From the NCBI GenBank assembly GCA_963705255.1, contig OY970061.1, positions 160,001 to 224,000 on the forward strand: 64,000 nucleotides of DNA, written 5' to 3'. The notes beneath the pieces are model-generated. The model had not been told where the DNA came from and did no database searches. It saw nothing but the letters and a program-made list of their open reading frames with translations. The stretch is from an uncultured Methanoregulaceae archaeon. GTDB lineage: Archaea; Halobacteriota; Methanomicrobia; Methanomicrobiales; Methanospirillaceae. Shown in pieces: positions 36,134-47,511 of this stretch (within the stretch, counting starts at the first letter, position 1; each line of letters starts with the position of its first letter). Made by a program: the position numbers and the translations under genes.

Positions 36134-36388
36134 TCATGATCCATAATAATGTGAGATCTTGTAGATGATCGTCACCGAGAGACAGAACCCGATAATGGCA
36201 ATATAGATCCAGTTTCGGTTCTCATGAACCCACCTGGTAATCGATTGAAACCGGGCCAGAAATCTTCCGGTAGACGTTACTGCTGACTGCTTTTTCTTTA
36301 ACATGGTGTAGCCATTCCGATTGCAGTGATTCCGGGTACCTGATCCGATCATAACCTTTGTAAAAAGGTCCGGACCCATAAGAGACAC
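36134..36388 (-). CDS. Small membrane protein downstream of nikN (start uncertain)
   Basis: Basic N-terminus plus one TM (WIYIAIIGFCLSVTIIY). Confidence 0.45.
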   Translation of the reverse strand: MSLMGPDLFTKVMIGSGTRNHCNRNGYTMLKKKQSAVTSTGRFLARFQSITRWVHENRNWIYIAIIGFCLSVTIIYKISHYYGS

Positions 36389-36453
36389 ATAACCCGGTTT
36401 TGGGATATATCCTGTTATACCGGGTATGCAAAAAAGAGAGAGTCTTCCAGCAT

Positions 36454-36813
36454 TCAGTCGGTTCTCTTTACAATGGCTTTAGCCAGCAGATATCCCGCAC
36501 TGCCACAGATGAGAACGCCAACGATCGCCGAGACATAATATCCCGGGGCCTGACTGGGGAGGGTATCATGTCCGCCCGGGAAATCATAATCGGGCAGGGC
36601 GGGTGTCCAGAGGCCCGAGAGTTGCTGAAGCCCGGCCGGCACATACCCTACCGCTTGCTGGAGTTCATCGGGTCCCCATTCCCCATATGCAGTTCCGGTT
36701 GCAATTAATCCGATGGGCACTATGACGACAAGCACTATCAGTGCAATAACGAGAACTTTAAACGTCCTGTCCAGACTGTTGAAGGCATCCATTACATTCA
36801 TTGTGTTCACCAT
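36454..36813 (-). CDS. PDGLE-domain protein, NikN/CbiN-like ECF component
   Basis: PIGLIATGTAYGEWG, ALPDYDFPG, two TMs; directly follows nikM. Confidence 0.88.
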   Translation of the reverse strand: MVNTMNVMDAFNSLDRTFKVLVIALIVLVVIVPIGLIATGTAYGEWGPDELQQAVGYVPAGLQQLSGLWTPALPDYDFPGGHDTLPSQAPGYYVSAIVGVLICGSAGYLLAKAIVKRTD

Positions 36814-36816
36814 CCC

Positions 36817-37542
36817 TCACGCCGGTACTGTCCCCCGGCTGGAGTCCGTTTTTTTATCATTTCCGGGTTTATAGTCGAAGATGATCTCGGGACTGTTCCG
36901 TGCAATATACGCAAACGCCAGGCCGGTGATAATCAACTCTACCCAGCTGAAGAAACCCATATGATCGATCAGCATTGCCGGTATGGTGACATTGAGCCCG
37001 TACGGCATGTAAAGGGGAACGCCAGCAGCTGTGTGTTCGAGGATCGGCTGGATGCCCATCTCAAACCCGGCAACACCGGCTGCGACGCTTAACCCGACAT
37101 ATCCGGCGATCGCGGCGGCAGCGATCCTCAGGTTTGAGGCAATCGGGGATTTCCCCGCGATGAGTTTATAGGTGTAGTATCCCACGAACGGGATGACCGT
37201 GCCCATATTGAAACAGTTTGCGCCGAACGCTGTAACTCCCCCGTCTCCGAAGAGCAGACACTGAATAAGGAGCGCGACGGATGTTGTTACAACTGCGGCC
37301 CAGGGGCCAAGGACGATCGCGACCAGCGCGCTACCGACCGCATGCCCCGAGCTGCCGCCGGGAACAGGTACGTTGAACATCATGATCACAAATGAGAACG
37401 CGGTTGCCAGTGCCAGGTACGGGACCTGCCGGGTCCGGAGCGATTTCTGTACCCAGTACCCGGCATACAACCAGATCGGGATCATGATCAGGTACATGAT
37501 TATGAACGTAATCGGGCCTAAATAACCATCAGGAATGTGCAT
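36817..37542 (-). CDS. cbiM: Ni/Co ECF substrate component NikM/CbiM
   Basis: N-terminal MHIPDGYL (Ni-type), GGSSGHAVG, FGDGGVTAFGAN. Confidence 0.95.
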   Translation of the reverse strand: MHIPDGYLGPITFIIMYLIMIPIWLYAGYWVQKSLRTRQVPYLALATAFSFVIMMFNVPVPGGSSGHAVGSALVAIVLGPWAAVVTTSVALLIQCLLFGDGGVTAFGANCFNMGTVIPFVGYYTYKLIAGKSPIASNLRIAAAAIAGYVGLSVAAGVAGFEMGIQPILEHTAAGVPLYMPYGLNVTIPAMLIDHMGFFSWVELIITGLAFAYIARNSPEIIFDYKPGNDKKTDSSRGTVPA

Positions 37543-37552
37543 GATCTCACCA

Positions 37553-37580
37553 GTAATAACATTATACTTTTTTGTAACAC
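37553..37580 (-). promoter_or_regulatory. Candidate NikR operator GTGTTAC-N14-TTATTAC upstream of nikM
   Basis: Spaced imperfect palindrome between the TATA-like attattaa and the ATG. Confidence 0.5.
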
Positions 37581-37707
37581 TTGAGAGGTTAATAATGTTG
37601 TTATTTGATTACTTAGTTTGATTTTTTTGCAATACATCTTTACAAATTCTTCATTTTTTCAGGGATCATAATTCATTTTCAAATGACCTCTAAAAATGAA
37701 TTTTAGT

Positions 37708-40408
37708 TCAGTGCCTGCGCACGACAATGAATGCAACTGCACCGAGACCGATCAATGCGATCAGTGCACCATAGCCGGGCGACTTGGTGGTCGGGACCGG
37801 GGTTGGTGCGGCGGTCATTGCAACGGTTGTCGGGACAGCCGTGACGGGTGCTGCAGTTGTCATAACGGCCGTCGGTGCTACCGTCGGGGCAGCGCCTTCG
37901 AGGACGTTGAAGAGTGCAGTGCCGGTGGCTGACTGGAGGACGCCTGATGCCTGAACGATGTACTCGTCCGGTTTGAACGTCGATGCGTCAACTGGGAACG
38001 AGATCGTGTTCAGGCCATTGGTGCCCTGTGCGACTGCGACCGTGCCGGTTGCGCCGCTGAACTCGCCGCTCTGGCTCTTGTCAGTGGGCTTGAATGATGA
38101 TGAGTAGACCTGGACGAGGACCTGGTCACCGACTGCGAGGTTGGTGGTTGCAGTGATGGTGAACTTGTCGCCTACGTGCGCATCAGGGATCGGGTTGATC
38201 GTGATGGCAGGTACCTCGACGAGGAACTGGAGCTTGGTGTAGGTGTCGTCGACATTAGCGTTGGTAATGCCCTCGACAAGTGCCTCGGCTGCATCGGATC
38301 CCTGCAGGCTGCTTCCACCTGCGATCTGGAAGATGCGGGATGCGTTGTAGTTGGTACCCGTGCTTACTGTCGACTGCAGGTTGACAACCCAGACAGGAGT
38401 GCCGGACAGTATACCGCTTATGGATCCTCCGGAGGCAGTCTGCGGAACGATATCGAACTTGTTGTTCTGCATCGGGTGCTGGACAACGGCGAAGTACTGG
38501 CCTGCCGCGAGACCGGCGGTATCGGCATTCTTGAGCTGGTAGTCGAACGATGCGTCAGCGTTCACGCTCTGGGTGGTGTATAATGCATAGTTCGTACCGA
38601 TGAGCCAGATTGCAACGCCGGGTGTCGGGTTGCCTTCTGCAGTACCGGTGATGTCTATGGTGTCACCCTGTGCAATTACTGACGAGGATGCGGTTGCAGA
38701 GACGAACGGCTTCTTGATGACGATGGAGACCGTGCCGTACGCTTCATTGGCGAGGTTCGTCTGGTCACCTGCTGCTACAGGCTGGCTCTCTGCATAGACT
38801 GTGTAGGTCCCTGCATCGAGTTCAAGGCCTGCTGTTCCCCAGTTGAAGGACCAGGTATTGTCGCCCTGGACAGGTGCAGTGTCGAAGTTGGTTGTAACAC
38901 CGGTAGCGATTGCCGTGTGCGGCTGGGAAAGCATCCCGCCGGTGGTCCCGAGGTTCGGGCCGAAGAGGAGCAGGTAGGTCGTGGCTGACTCGGTGTTGGT
39001 ACCTGATAACAGGATCTCTTCGCCGAGGTAGTAGCTCTGGTCGCCTGCCGCTACAACGGTAACGGTACCCTTCTGGACAGTCACGGTGACTTCGTCATAC
39101 TTGTAGTTGTGGCCTGCTGCAGTGGATCCGAAGTCTTGTTCTACACGGATCGTGTAGGACCCCGCGCTGGTCCAGTTGGTCGTGAGGAGCTGGACGGTCC
39201 TGGTACCGGAGCTGGAGAGGGTTACGTTCGCATAGCCCTGGCCATTGTTGTCAGGCTGTGTATCCTCTGCGACAGTCTGCTGGGAGTTCTGGTACGTGTA
39301 CGCGCCAGTGATCGGGTCGCTGACATTGACACCGTTCTGGTTGGCGTCGAAGAACGGGGCCGCACTGTCAACCGCGTTGCTGTCGCCCTGGGTGTCCTTG
39401 ACCCAGACATTGTAGCTCTGCGAGGGCTTACCCGTGATGGTGACTGAGAATGGCTTGGTCCGGACGACGGTATCCATGTTGGCCTCGATCTTCACCGTGT
39501 TGGAGACAAGGGTGACGGTCTGGGTCGCGCTGATGGTCTTCCCGGTGAAGCTTGCTCCACCGTTCAGGTAGTTAGCCTTCATGTTGTTGAGGTCCGACTC
39601 TGCGTAGAGCGTGTACGTCCCTGCCGGGTAATAGAACTGGCCGTTACCGGTTACGTTGTTAAGAAGGCCGGTAGCCCATGCACCCATGTTACCGCTGGAC
39701 GCACCCCATCTGTACGGTGAAGTGGCAACGGGCAACTTGACAAGACTCTCGGCACCGAAAGTAGGAGTTGGGCTAGAGTAGAAAGTCGCGTTGTACAGTG
39801 CAGTGAGCGTTGTTCCTGAAGCGGGGATAACGTTGATGGTAATGTATCCTGCAGATTGTGCGGGGACACCTGAAAACGTTTCCGTATAACGGCTTGGGTA
39901 GACCCCATACATGTTGGTCCCAATTGTGAACCCGAGGTTCTCTCCCTGGGGGACCGATCCTCCGGTTACATCGACCGACTGGTCGAAGTCCCAGACTCCG
40001 AGAGTAAGGGACGGGTCTTGAACGTTGATGACCGGTATTGGACCTGCCCATGCGCTACCCGTGGCCGGGTTCACGAGGTACCAGACACCGGTGTACCCGA
40101 CGAAGGTAGCCGGTGAAACGGTGAATGACTGGTACTGACCGCTGGCCAGAGTAACCACCTGGCTTGGTGTGGTCGAGCTGATCTGTGCAGCTCGAGGCCC
40201 ACCAGCCGATCGTGGTATTCAATGTTGTACCTCCGTTACTTGCGGAAGTCAGTGCATTGGTGAGGTTTAGATGTTCTTCCCCAATGAACACTTGTGCACC
40301 CTGGTTGATTCCCGTATTCATAATGTAATCAGTAGCCGCTACCGGCAGTACTGCAACGAGAACGAACAACGCAAGTGCAACAAGTGCAATCGTTAATCGC
40401 TTAGTCAT
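37708..40408 (-). CDS. S-layer glycoprotein, MEMAR_RS02690/DUF3821 type, with Thr-rich linker and PGF-CTERM-like anchor (frameshifts near 40160-40195)
   Basis: Signal peptide MTKRLTIALV; VFIGEEHLN; YFAVVQHPMQNN; DAAEALV; DDTY; TTKSPGYGALIALIGLGAVAFIVVRRH. Confidence 0.9.
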
Positions 40409-40802
40409 GTGTTCAATTCCTCCAAATCTTCCGATCTCCTAGAAACAGAAATTAATAAATTTAAAAATTGTAACACTTAATATGTTAAAAATCTTCTCAT
40501 TTAATATCAATTAAAAAAAATAAAATAAAACGTGTTATCCCACTACCATCTCGCAGGGGGAATTACGTCGAAGAACTGGTAAAAATACCCCCCCAAATGC
40601 GAGGACAAAATTTTCCTGCTTTCTGACTGGAACAGGGAGTGTTCTGGTGCAAATATGAATTTTCACCGCATCCCCGTACCGGTCAGCAATGTTGAGATCA
40701 ATTCATCAATCCTGAATTTTCTTACCAAGTACTACTGATACGCTGCATTTTTCAAAACATTAAAAACCTATCAATAATGATAGTATCATCACTGGTGTTC
40801 CC

Positions 40803-41225
40803 ATGACCATGGACGACGACCTCTCCCGGATAGGAATCTCCCTCCCGAAACACCTCCTCGACCGGTTCGACGAAATCCTCAATTACCGGGGGTATTCGTC
40901 CCGCTCGGAAGGCATCCGCGACGCGATCCGCACCTACATAACGTATTACAAGTGGATGTCCGATGTGAAGGGGCTGCGGGAAGGGGTCATCACGATGGTC
41001 TACGACCACGAGCAGCGGGGGCTCCTCACCAATATCACCGACATCGAGCACGAGTTCCACGCGATCATCAAGGCATCCCTCCACTCTCACGTGTCCCATG
41101 ACAAGTGCCTGGAAGTGATCCTGGTCCACGGCGACGGGAGCCAGCTCAAGGCCCTCGCAGAGCGGCTGATGTCCATGAAAGGGGTCGAGTCGGTGAAGCT
41201 CAACACGATCCAGATCGAGGAATAA
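40803..41225 (+). CDS. nikR: Nickel-responsive regulator NikR, copy 2
   Basis: Nearly identical protein to copy 1, with all Ni ligands present (HSHVSHDKCLE). Confidence 0.95.
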   Translation: MTMDDDLSRIGISLPKHLLDRFDEILNYRGYSSRSEGIRDAIRTYITYYKWMSDVKGLREGVITMVYDHEQRGLLTNITDIEHEFHAIIKASLHSHVSHDKCLEVILVHGDGSQLKALAERLMSMKGVESVKLNTIQIEE

Positions 41226-41319
41226 GAGAAGAGCACGTTAAAAATGGGGGACAGGGGGTAAGATCCCCTGTCCCTGAATAGCGGACTTCACCCTTTCTGG
41301 GCGCGGTCCTTTTTTGGTT

Positions 41320-41445
41320 TCACGGCTTCTTGTCTTCGATGTGATCGAGGACCCGGTCCCACATGATGAGGAGCCCGGGGATGATCACGTAGGCGAGGAG
41401 GCCGGCACCGAGGAATAATCCGGTGAGGACGAGTTCATTGTCCAT
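41320..41445 (-). CDS. 41-aa single-TM peptide
   Basis: MDNELVLTGLFLGAGLLAYVIIPGLLIMWDRVLDHIEDKKP; the ORF track fuses it to the upstream gene through a frameshift. Confidence 0.6.
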   Translation of the reverse strand: MDNELVLTGLFLGAGLLAYVIIPGLLIMWDRVLDHIEDKKP

Positions 41446-41462
41446 GATCCTCATCTCCCGGA

Positions 41463-41967
41463 TCAGGCTAACGCCGTCTCGGTGTCCGCCCAAGTCTCGA
41501 CCTTGGTCCGGATTGCCTCGTCCGAGTACCGAGGAGATGGTCACCCGGTCACGTCCGAACGTGACGAAGTAGACCTCCCCGTTCGGGTCGTGGCACTTCA
41601 GGGTCGCCGAGTAGGTCTCCTTTGCCGGGTCCCTCACTGCGGCTCCCGCGTGGGCGGTCGAGATGGTGCCCGTGGCGAGGATCGCGGTAATGCCGGCGTT
41701 GAACCCTGCGAGGGTGCTGTACCGGTCGGTCAGGTAGCCGACGGTCTTCGCGTCGCTGTCCTGGTACGCGATCTTCGCGGTGTAGGACTCCTTGGTCTTC
41801 TCCACGGGCTGGTGTGTTGCGCCTCCGGATATGTAGGATACACATCCAAAGGGATTCGATACGACTACCGCCTGGACAATCGCGTTGAACGCGGTTGCGT
41901 CCGCAATCGGGTTAGCGAGTTTGCGGATGGCGCTTTTTACCGTTGTGCTTGGAACGAAATCTGCCAT
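41463..41967 (-). CDS. Conserved Methanomicrobiales hypothetical protein (MADFV.. family; frameshift near 41525)
   Basis: MADFVPSTTVKSAIRKL..NPFGC..LKCHDPNGEVY..; true C-terminus YSDEAIRTKVETWADTETALA lies in another frame. Confidence 0.7.
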
Positions 41968-41996
41968 GTTCGTTACTCCATTCTTGCTTTTTTTCA

Positions 41997-42105
41997 GAGA
42001 AGCTCATCTGAACTTCAATGAGGAGAAGGGTGGCACCGCCACCCTTCGATGTCTGACTGGTTCATCAGAACCAGGAAGATGAGGAGAATCCGTCAGGATT
42101 CTTCG
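41997..42105 (-). repeat. Hairpin-module chain in the 5' leader of the MADFV gene
   Basis: Minus strand gaatcc-tgac-ggattc, ctggttc-tgat-gaaccag, gaagggtggc-ggt-gccacccttc, gaagttc-agat-gagcttc. Confidence 0.7.
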
Positions 42106-42264
42106 GGTTGTCTCGGGGCCCTTTGACATTCAGTATTGGATGTGGAGGTATATCGGATAATCCGGGGGGTGGCAATCCGGGGATGGAATGCGGCTGAACC
42201 GGCAATCCACGGCCATTGTCGCTGCGGAATTGGTACCATCAGAAGAAAGAAAAAAGAAAAAAAG

Positions 42265-42843
42265 TTATTCTGCCGGAATATCCGGCAGGTGCCAGGCCGG
42301 GATCAGCCCACCCGGCAGGACTTCGTAATACTTCCACCCGAACGCGCCGGAATATGCCATGAGCATCTTCCGGAACTGTGCGGTTGTCCGCATCCAGCGG
42401 AGGGCATCGATCTTCGCTACATAGTTCCGGACGAGCGCTTTTGCGTCCGGGATCGGCTTCTTCGACGAGATCACCTGGATGAGCAGGGTCACGTCATCCC
42501 TGAGGGCGATGATGTCGAATGGGATCCGGCAGTGGCTGATCTGTGCCGGGAGGTACTTCCATTCTTCCAGCAGCCGCATGGCCCGGAAGACGATCCTGCT
42601 CCCCCTCAGATATGCCTCGCAGCAACCGGAGGGTTCATCTCCCTCGATCCCGTGGAGGATGACCATCGCTTCCGTTGCCGGAGTGTTCTCTTCTACGATA
42701 CCTTCCTGTTTCGTTGACCGTTTCATCGGTTGGCTTACTGTTCTTCCTTCCAAAACGTCCACCTCGAATTCGGACTCTCGTCCGAGGCGTATCCGGCCCA
42801 TGGCCGGGAAATTATCCACAACGGATCTTCTCTGCCGGTCCAT
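42265..42843 (-). CDS. Hypothetical protein with Hjc-like PD-(D/E)XK nuclease fold, possibly degenerate
   Basis: RAMRLLEEWKY..PFDIIALRDDVTLLIQV; catalytic Lys not evident. Confidence 0.5.
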   Translation of the reverse strand: MDRQRRSVVDNFPAMGRIRLGRESEFEVDVLEGRTVSQPMKRSTKQEGIVEENTPATEAMVILHGIEGDEPSGCCEAYLRGSRIVFRAMRLLEEWKYLPAQISHCRIPFDIIALRDDVTLLIQVISSKKPIPDAKALVRNYVAKIDALRWMRTTAQFRKMLMAYSGAFGWKYYEVLPGGLIPAWHLPDIPAE

Positions 42844-43386
42844 GCCAGAGATTCCAGATATGATAAATCATGGGAATCCTCCCGGGTCCTGGAGGAATGG
42901 CGAGAATATAATCAAACCCCTGCCATTCGGCAGAAGATCTCCTGACCGGGTACTCCTAAGAGTGAATCCCGGTACCAGCGATCCCACAAAATACCGAAAT
43001 GAGTACACCTGAGTACACCAAGGACTGCGTATACCGGAACCGGTGCAAAGCCCGGGAAGCCCGTGATATCCTCCGCTTCGTGCGGGAAGGAGCCGGGTCC
43101 TGTGATTTTCGCCGATGCCGGGGTGCAGAATCTTTGTGGCATTTGTGATTATCTCAAAATAATGATAAAATCGTATATATATTACTAGGATGGTGCGAGT
43201 TATGTGGGAGAACCGTGTTTTTGGAGGGATTGCGGATGGGGGAGCGGGCGGGGTGCGGCAGGAATGGGAGTTGAGAATGAGGGGCAATTAATCTCCCCTT
43301 ATCTGATATCAGTATAATTAAACCGCAACACATAACGTTACAGCCTTTATAAAAATCACATATTATCAATTGTAGTCCTGGAAGCC

Positions 43387-46069
43387 ATGACAGAAGAAAG
43401 CGAGCGAGTTACACGGAAGAAGCGCATCGATCCTTTATTGAAAGATGCCGGTTGGCGTATTGAGCTGTACAGGACCGGAATGGATCTTACCAGATACAAC
43501 CAGTACGCTCTCGAAGAATTTCCTACCGAAAATGGTCCCGCTGACTATGCTCTCTGTGTTGATGGCAAAATCCTCGCAGTTATTGAAGCCAAGAAGGTTT
43601 CTCTCGGACCCCAGAATGTCCTGACCCAGGTCCGAACGATATGCTGCCGGGATCTCCGGCAGTCCGTTCAATTACTCCGGATTCCGGGTCCCCTTCATTT
43701 ATTCGACCAATGGCGAGATCATCTGGTATCACGATCTCCGCAATCCCTTAAACCGATCCCGCCCGGTTGCAAAATTCCATACCCCGGATGCTCTCACTGA
43801 ACGGCTCCGTGAGAAATTCGAGGTTTCCTGCCAGCGTCTTGCCGACTGGGAAAATGCGCACCCGATGATACGCCCCTACCAGGCCGAAGCGAATGCAGCG
43901 ATTGAACAGGGTATCCGCGATCGCAAGCGCCAGATGCTGGTTGCAATGGCAACCGGGACCGGCAAGACCTACACAATGGTCAACCAGATTTTCCGGCTGA
44001 TGGAATCCGGCGTGGCAAAACGGATCCTCTTTCTGGTGGATCGGCGGGCCCTTGCTGCACAGGCAGTCAAGGCGTTCGCGTCCTTTGAAGCGCGGCCGGG
44101 GCTGAAGTTCGACCGGACGTATGAAGTCTACAGCCAGCGGTTCTTCCGGGAGGATTTCGAGGAGGATGAGAAGTTTGATCCCAAGGTGCTTCCCTCCTCG
44201 TACCTTCTGGAGCCCAAGCCCGGCCATGCGTTTGTTTATATCTGCACCATCCAGCGGATGACCATCAACCTCTTCGGGCGCAACGCGGTTTTTGGCACCA
44301 GCGACGAGCCTATCGATGAGGATGCCGAGCAGATGGAGATCCCGATCCATGCCTTCGATCTGATCGTCGCGGACGAATGCCACCGGGGATATACCGCTGC
44401 GGAGCAGTCGGTGTGGCGTAAGACGCTGGACCACTTCGACGCGATCAAGATCGGGCTGACGGCAACCCCGGCGGCGCATACAATGGCCTACTTCCGGGAG
44501 ATCGTATACCGGTACGATTATGCCCGGGCAGTTCGGGAAGGATTCCTGGTCGATTACGATGCAGTTGCGCTGGACTCGAACGTGCGGATGAACGGGATCT
44601 TCCTGCAGGCAGGTGAGGAGGTGGGGGTGATTGATGCTTCAACGGGTGCACAGTCGTTTGACAATCTTGAGGATGAACGGCAGTTTGATACTACGGAAGT
44701 CGAGCGGACGATCACCTCGCCGGATTCCAACCGGAAGATCCTTGCAGAAATCCGGAAGTACGCAGAAGAGCACGAGCAGCGATTCGGGCGGTTCCCGAAA
44801 ACCCTGATCTTTGCCGTGAATGACCTGCCCCATACCTCCCACGCGGACCAGCTGGTGGATCTAGCCCGGGATGTGTTCGGGAAAGGGGATTCGTTTGTCC
44901 AGAAGATCACCGGCAAGGTTGACCGGCCGCTCCAGCATATCCGCGAATTCCGGAACCGGCCGATGCCGGCAGTTGTGGTGACGGTGGACATGCTCTCGAC
45001 CGGCGTGGATATTCCGGATCTGGAGTTTATTGTCTTTTTGCGCCCGGTGAAGTCCCGTATCCTCTTTGAGCAGATGCTGGGCAGGGGAACACGGAAGGGT
45101 GAGCGATGCCCGGACAAGTCACACTTTGTTGTCTTCGACTGTTTTGGCGGGACGCTGCTGGAATATTTCCGGCAGGCGACCGGTATCACCGCAGAGCCGC
45201 CCGAGAAAGAGACCCGCTCGATCGTCCAGCTCATCAGGAATATCTGGGACAACCGGGATCGTGAGTACAATTCGAAAGCGCTGGTACGCAGACTCCAGCG
45301 GATCGACAAGGAGATGAGTGGCGAGGCTCGCGATTTGTTCGCCAAGTATGTTCCGCAGGGTGACATGAAGCATTATGCTGCCGGGTTACCGGATGCCCTC
45401 CGAAAGGATTTCATGGGTGCGATGACACTCCTGAGAAACCCGGAGTTCCAGGATCTGCTCCTCCACTATCCCCGGCCCACGCGCTCGATGCTGGTTGCGT
45501 ACGAAAATGTGGATGCGGTCAGTTCACGGTTTATTTTCCGGGATTCAGCAGGAAACGAGTACAAGCCCGAGGATTATCTTTCCGCTTTTTCGGCGTTTGT
45601 AAAGGAGAACCCGGAGCATATCGAGGCGATCCGTATCCTGCTGGACCGGCCGAGAGACTGGGGAACGGATGCCCTGTCCGAGCTGCGGCAGAAACTGGCA
45701 GCCACACGGTACCGCTTCACGGTCGAGAACCTCCAGATGGCGCATAAGGTCCGGTACAATAAAGCGCTCGTGGATATCATCTCGATGGTGAAGCACGCTG
45801 CCCGCGAGGAGGAGCATCTCTATACTGCGGAGGAGCGGATCCAGCGGGTCTTTGACCGGATGGCATTCACTTCCCCGCTGACAGCCGAGCAGCAGCAATG
45901 GCTGGATAAAATCCGTGAACATTTAATTGCAAACCTCTCAGTCAGTAAGAACGACTTTGAACTCATCCCCATCTTCTCAAACGAAGGCGGGTGGGGGAAG
46001 GCGAACCGGGTGTTCAACGGGGAGTTGCCGGCCCTGATACAGCAGTGGAATGAGGCGATTGCAGCATGA
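43387..46069 (+). CDS. hsdR: Type I restriction enzyme R subunit (frameshift near 43632)
   Basis: ADYAL..IEAKK nuclease; RPYQ, MATGTGKT, DECHRG, GLTATP, QMLGRGTR; EcoEI-type C-terminus. Confidence 0.95.
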
Positions 46070-47511
46070 GTGATATTGTCCAGAAGTTATGGGGATTCTG
46101 CCATACGCTCCGGCATGACGGGATCGATTACGGGGATTATATCGAGCAGATCACGTATCTCCTCTTCATCAAGATGGCGGACGAGCGGGATGTACAACTT
46201 CCCGAAGGCTGCGACTGGAAGACGCTTGTATCCAAGTCCGGGACGGATCTGACGGATCATTACGTTGACGTGCTGCGGAAACTCGGGACCCAGAAGGGGC
46301 TGCTCGGCGATATTTTTGCCGGGGCATTGTCCCGGTTCACGAACCCGGTGAACCTGAAGCGCCTTATCGGCCTGATCGATGAGACGGAGTGGACGGAACT
46401 CAACATCGATGTGAAAGGGGAGGCGTTCGAGGGGCTGTTAGAGAAGGCGGCAAGCGAAGGGAAGAAGGGGGCAGGGCAGTATTTCACGCCGCGTATCCTG
46501 ATCCAGTCGATTGTCCGGTGCATGAAGCCCGATCCCCGGAAGAAACCCGATCTGACGATCTGCGATCCCGCATGCGGTACCGGCGGGTTCCTGGTCTGCT
46601 CGTACGAGTGGCTGCTGGAGCAGACGAAGGGCGGAGCACTTGACCGTGACGTGGCGCTCCGCGTGAAGAAGGGCACCTACTTCGGGCAGGAGCTGGTTGC
46701 CCGCCCGCGAAGGCTTGCCCTGATGAACCTGTTCCTCCATAATGTCGAACCCTCGATCAAGTTCGGCGACTCGATCTACGAGAACCCGGACAGCCGGCGC
46801 TTCGATGTCGTGCTGACCAACCCGCCATTCGGGACGAAAGGCGCGAACCAGGCACCGGACCGCGAGGACTTCACCATCTCGACTTCCAACAAACAGCTCA
46901 ACTTCGTGCAACATGTCATGACGATCCTCAAACCCGGCGGACGGGGAGCGGTTGTGGTACCGGATAACGTGCTCTTTGCCGACCAGGCCGGTGAAGTGTT
47001 CAAGGTGCTGACTGAGGACTGCAACTTGCATACGATCCTGAGGCTTCCCAACGGCACCTTCACTCCCTATTCCCCGGGCACGAAGACGAACGTGTTGTTC
47101 TTCACCAAGGGCTTCCCCACCGAGACCCTCTGGGTGTACGATGACCGGACGAACGTGCCGGGGATCACGAAAAAGGACCGGCCCCTGACACCGGAGTATT
47201 TCGCGGAGTTTGAGAAGGTCTATGGTGCTGACCCGAACGGAGGCTCGAAGCGGAGTTCATCTGATTCGAAAGAGGATCGCTGGCACTCGTTCCATATCTC
47301 TGACGTGAAGGAGCGGAACTACAAGATCGATTCGCTGAAGTGGCTCAAGGATGATTCGCTCGATGATGCGGATTCTTTACCGGAGCCGGAGGAGCTCGCG
47401 GTCGAGGCGATTGAGGAACTGCGGTTGGCGGTGGATGAGTTACAGCAGGTTTTAGTTCTGCTGGAGAACGGGAACGGGGAATCTGTTTCTGCGGGCGAAG
47501 GGAAGAAATGA
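46066..47511 (+). CDS. hsdM: Type I R-M m6A methyltransferase
   Basis: GQYFTPR, DPACGTGGFL, TNPPFG. Confidence 0.97.
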   Translation: MSDIVQKLWGFCHTLRHDGIDYGDYIEQITYLLFIKMADERDVQLPEGCDWKTLVSKSGTDLTDHYVDVLRKLGTQKGLLGDIFAGALSRFTNPVNLKRLIGLIDETEWTELNIDVKGEAFEGLLEKAASEGKKGAGQYFTPRILIQSIVRCMKPDPRKKPDLTICDPACGTGGFLVCSYEWLLEQTKGGALDRDVALRVKKGTYFGQELVARPRRLALMNLFLHNVEPSIKFGDSIYENPDSRRFDVVLTNPPFGTKGANQAPDREDFTISTSNKQLNFVQHVMTILKPGGRGAVVVPDNVLFADQAGEVFKVLTEDCNLHTILRLPNGTFTPYSPGTKTNVLFFTKGFPTETLWVYDDRTNVPGITKKDRPLTPEYFAEFEKVYGADPNGGSKRSSSDSKEDRWHSFHISDVKERNYKIDSLKWLKDDSLDDADSLPEPEELAVEAIEELRLAVDELQQVLVLLENGNGESVSAGEGKK

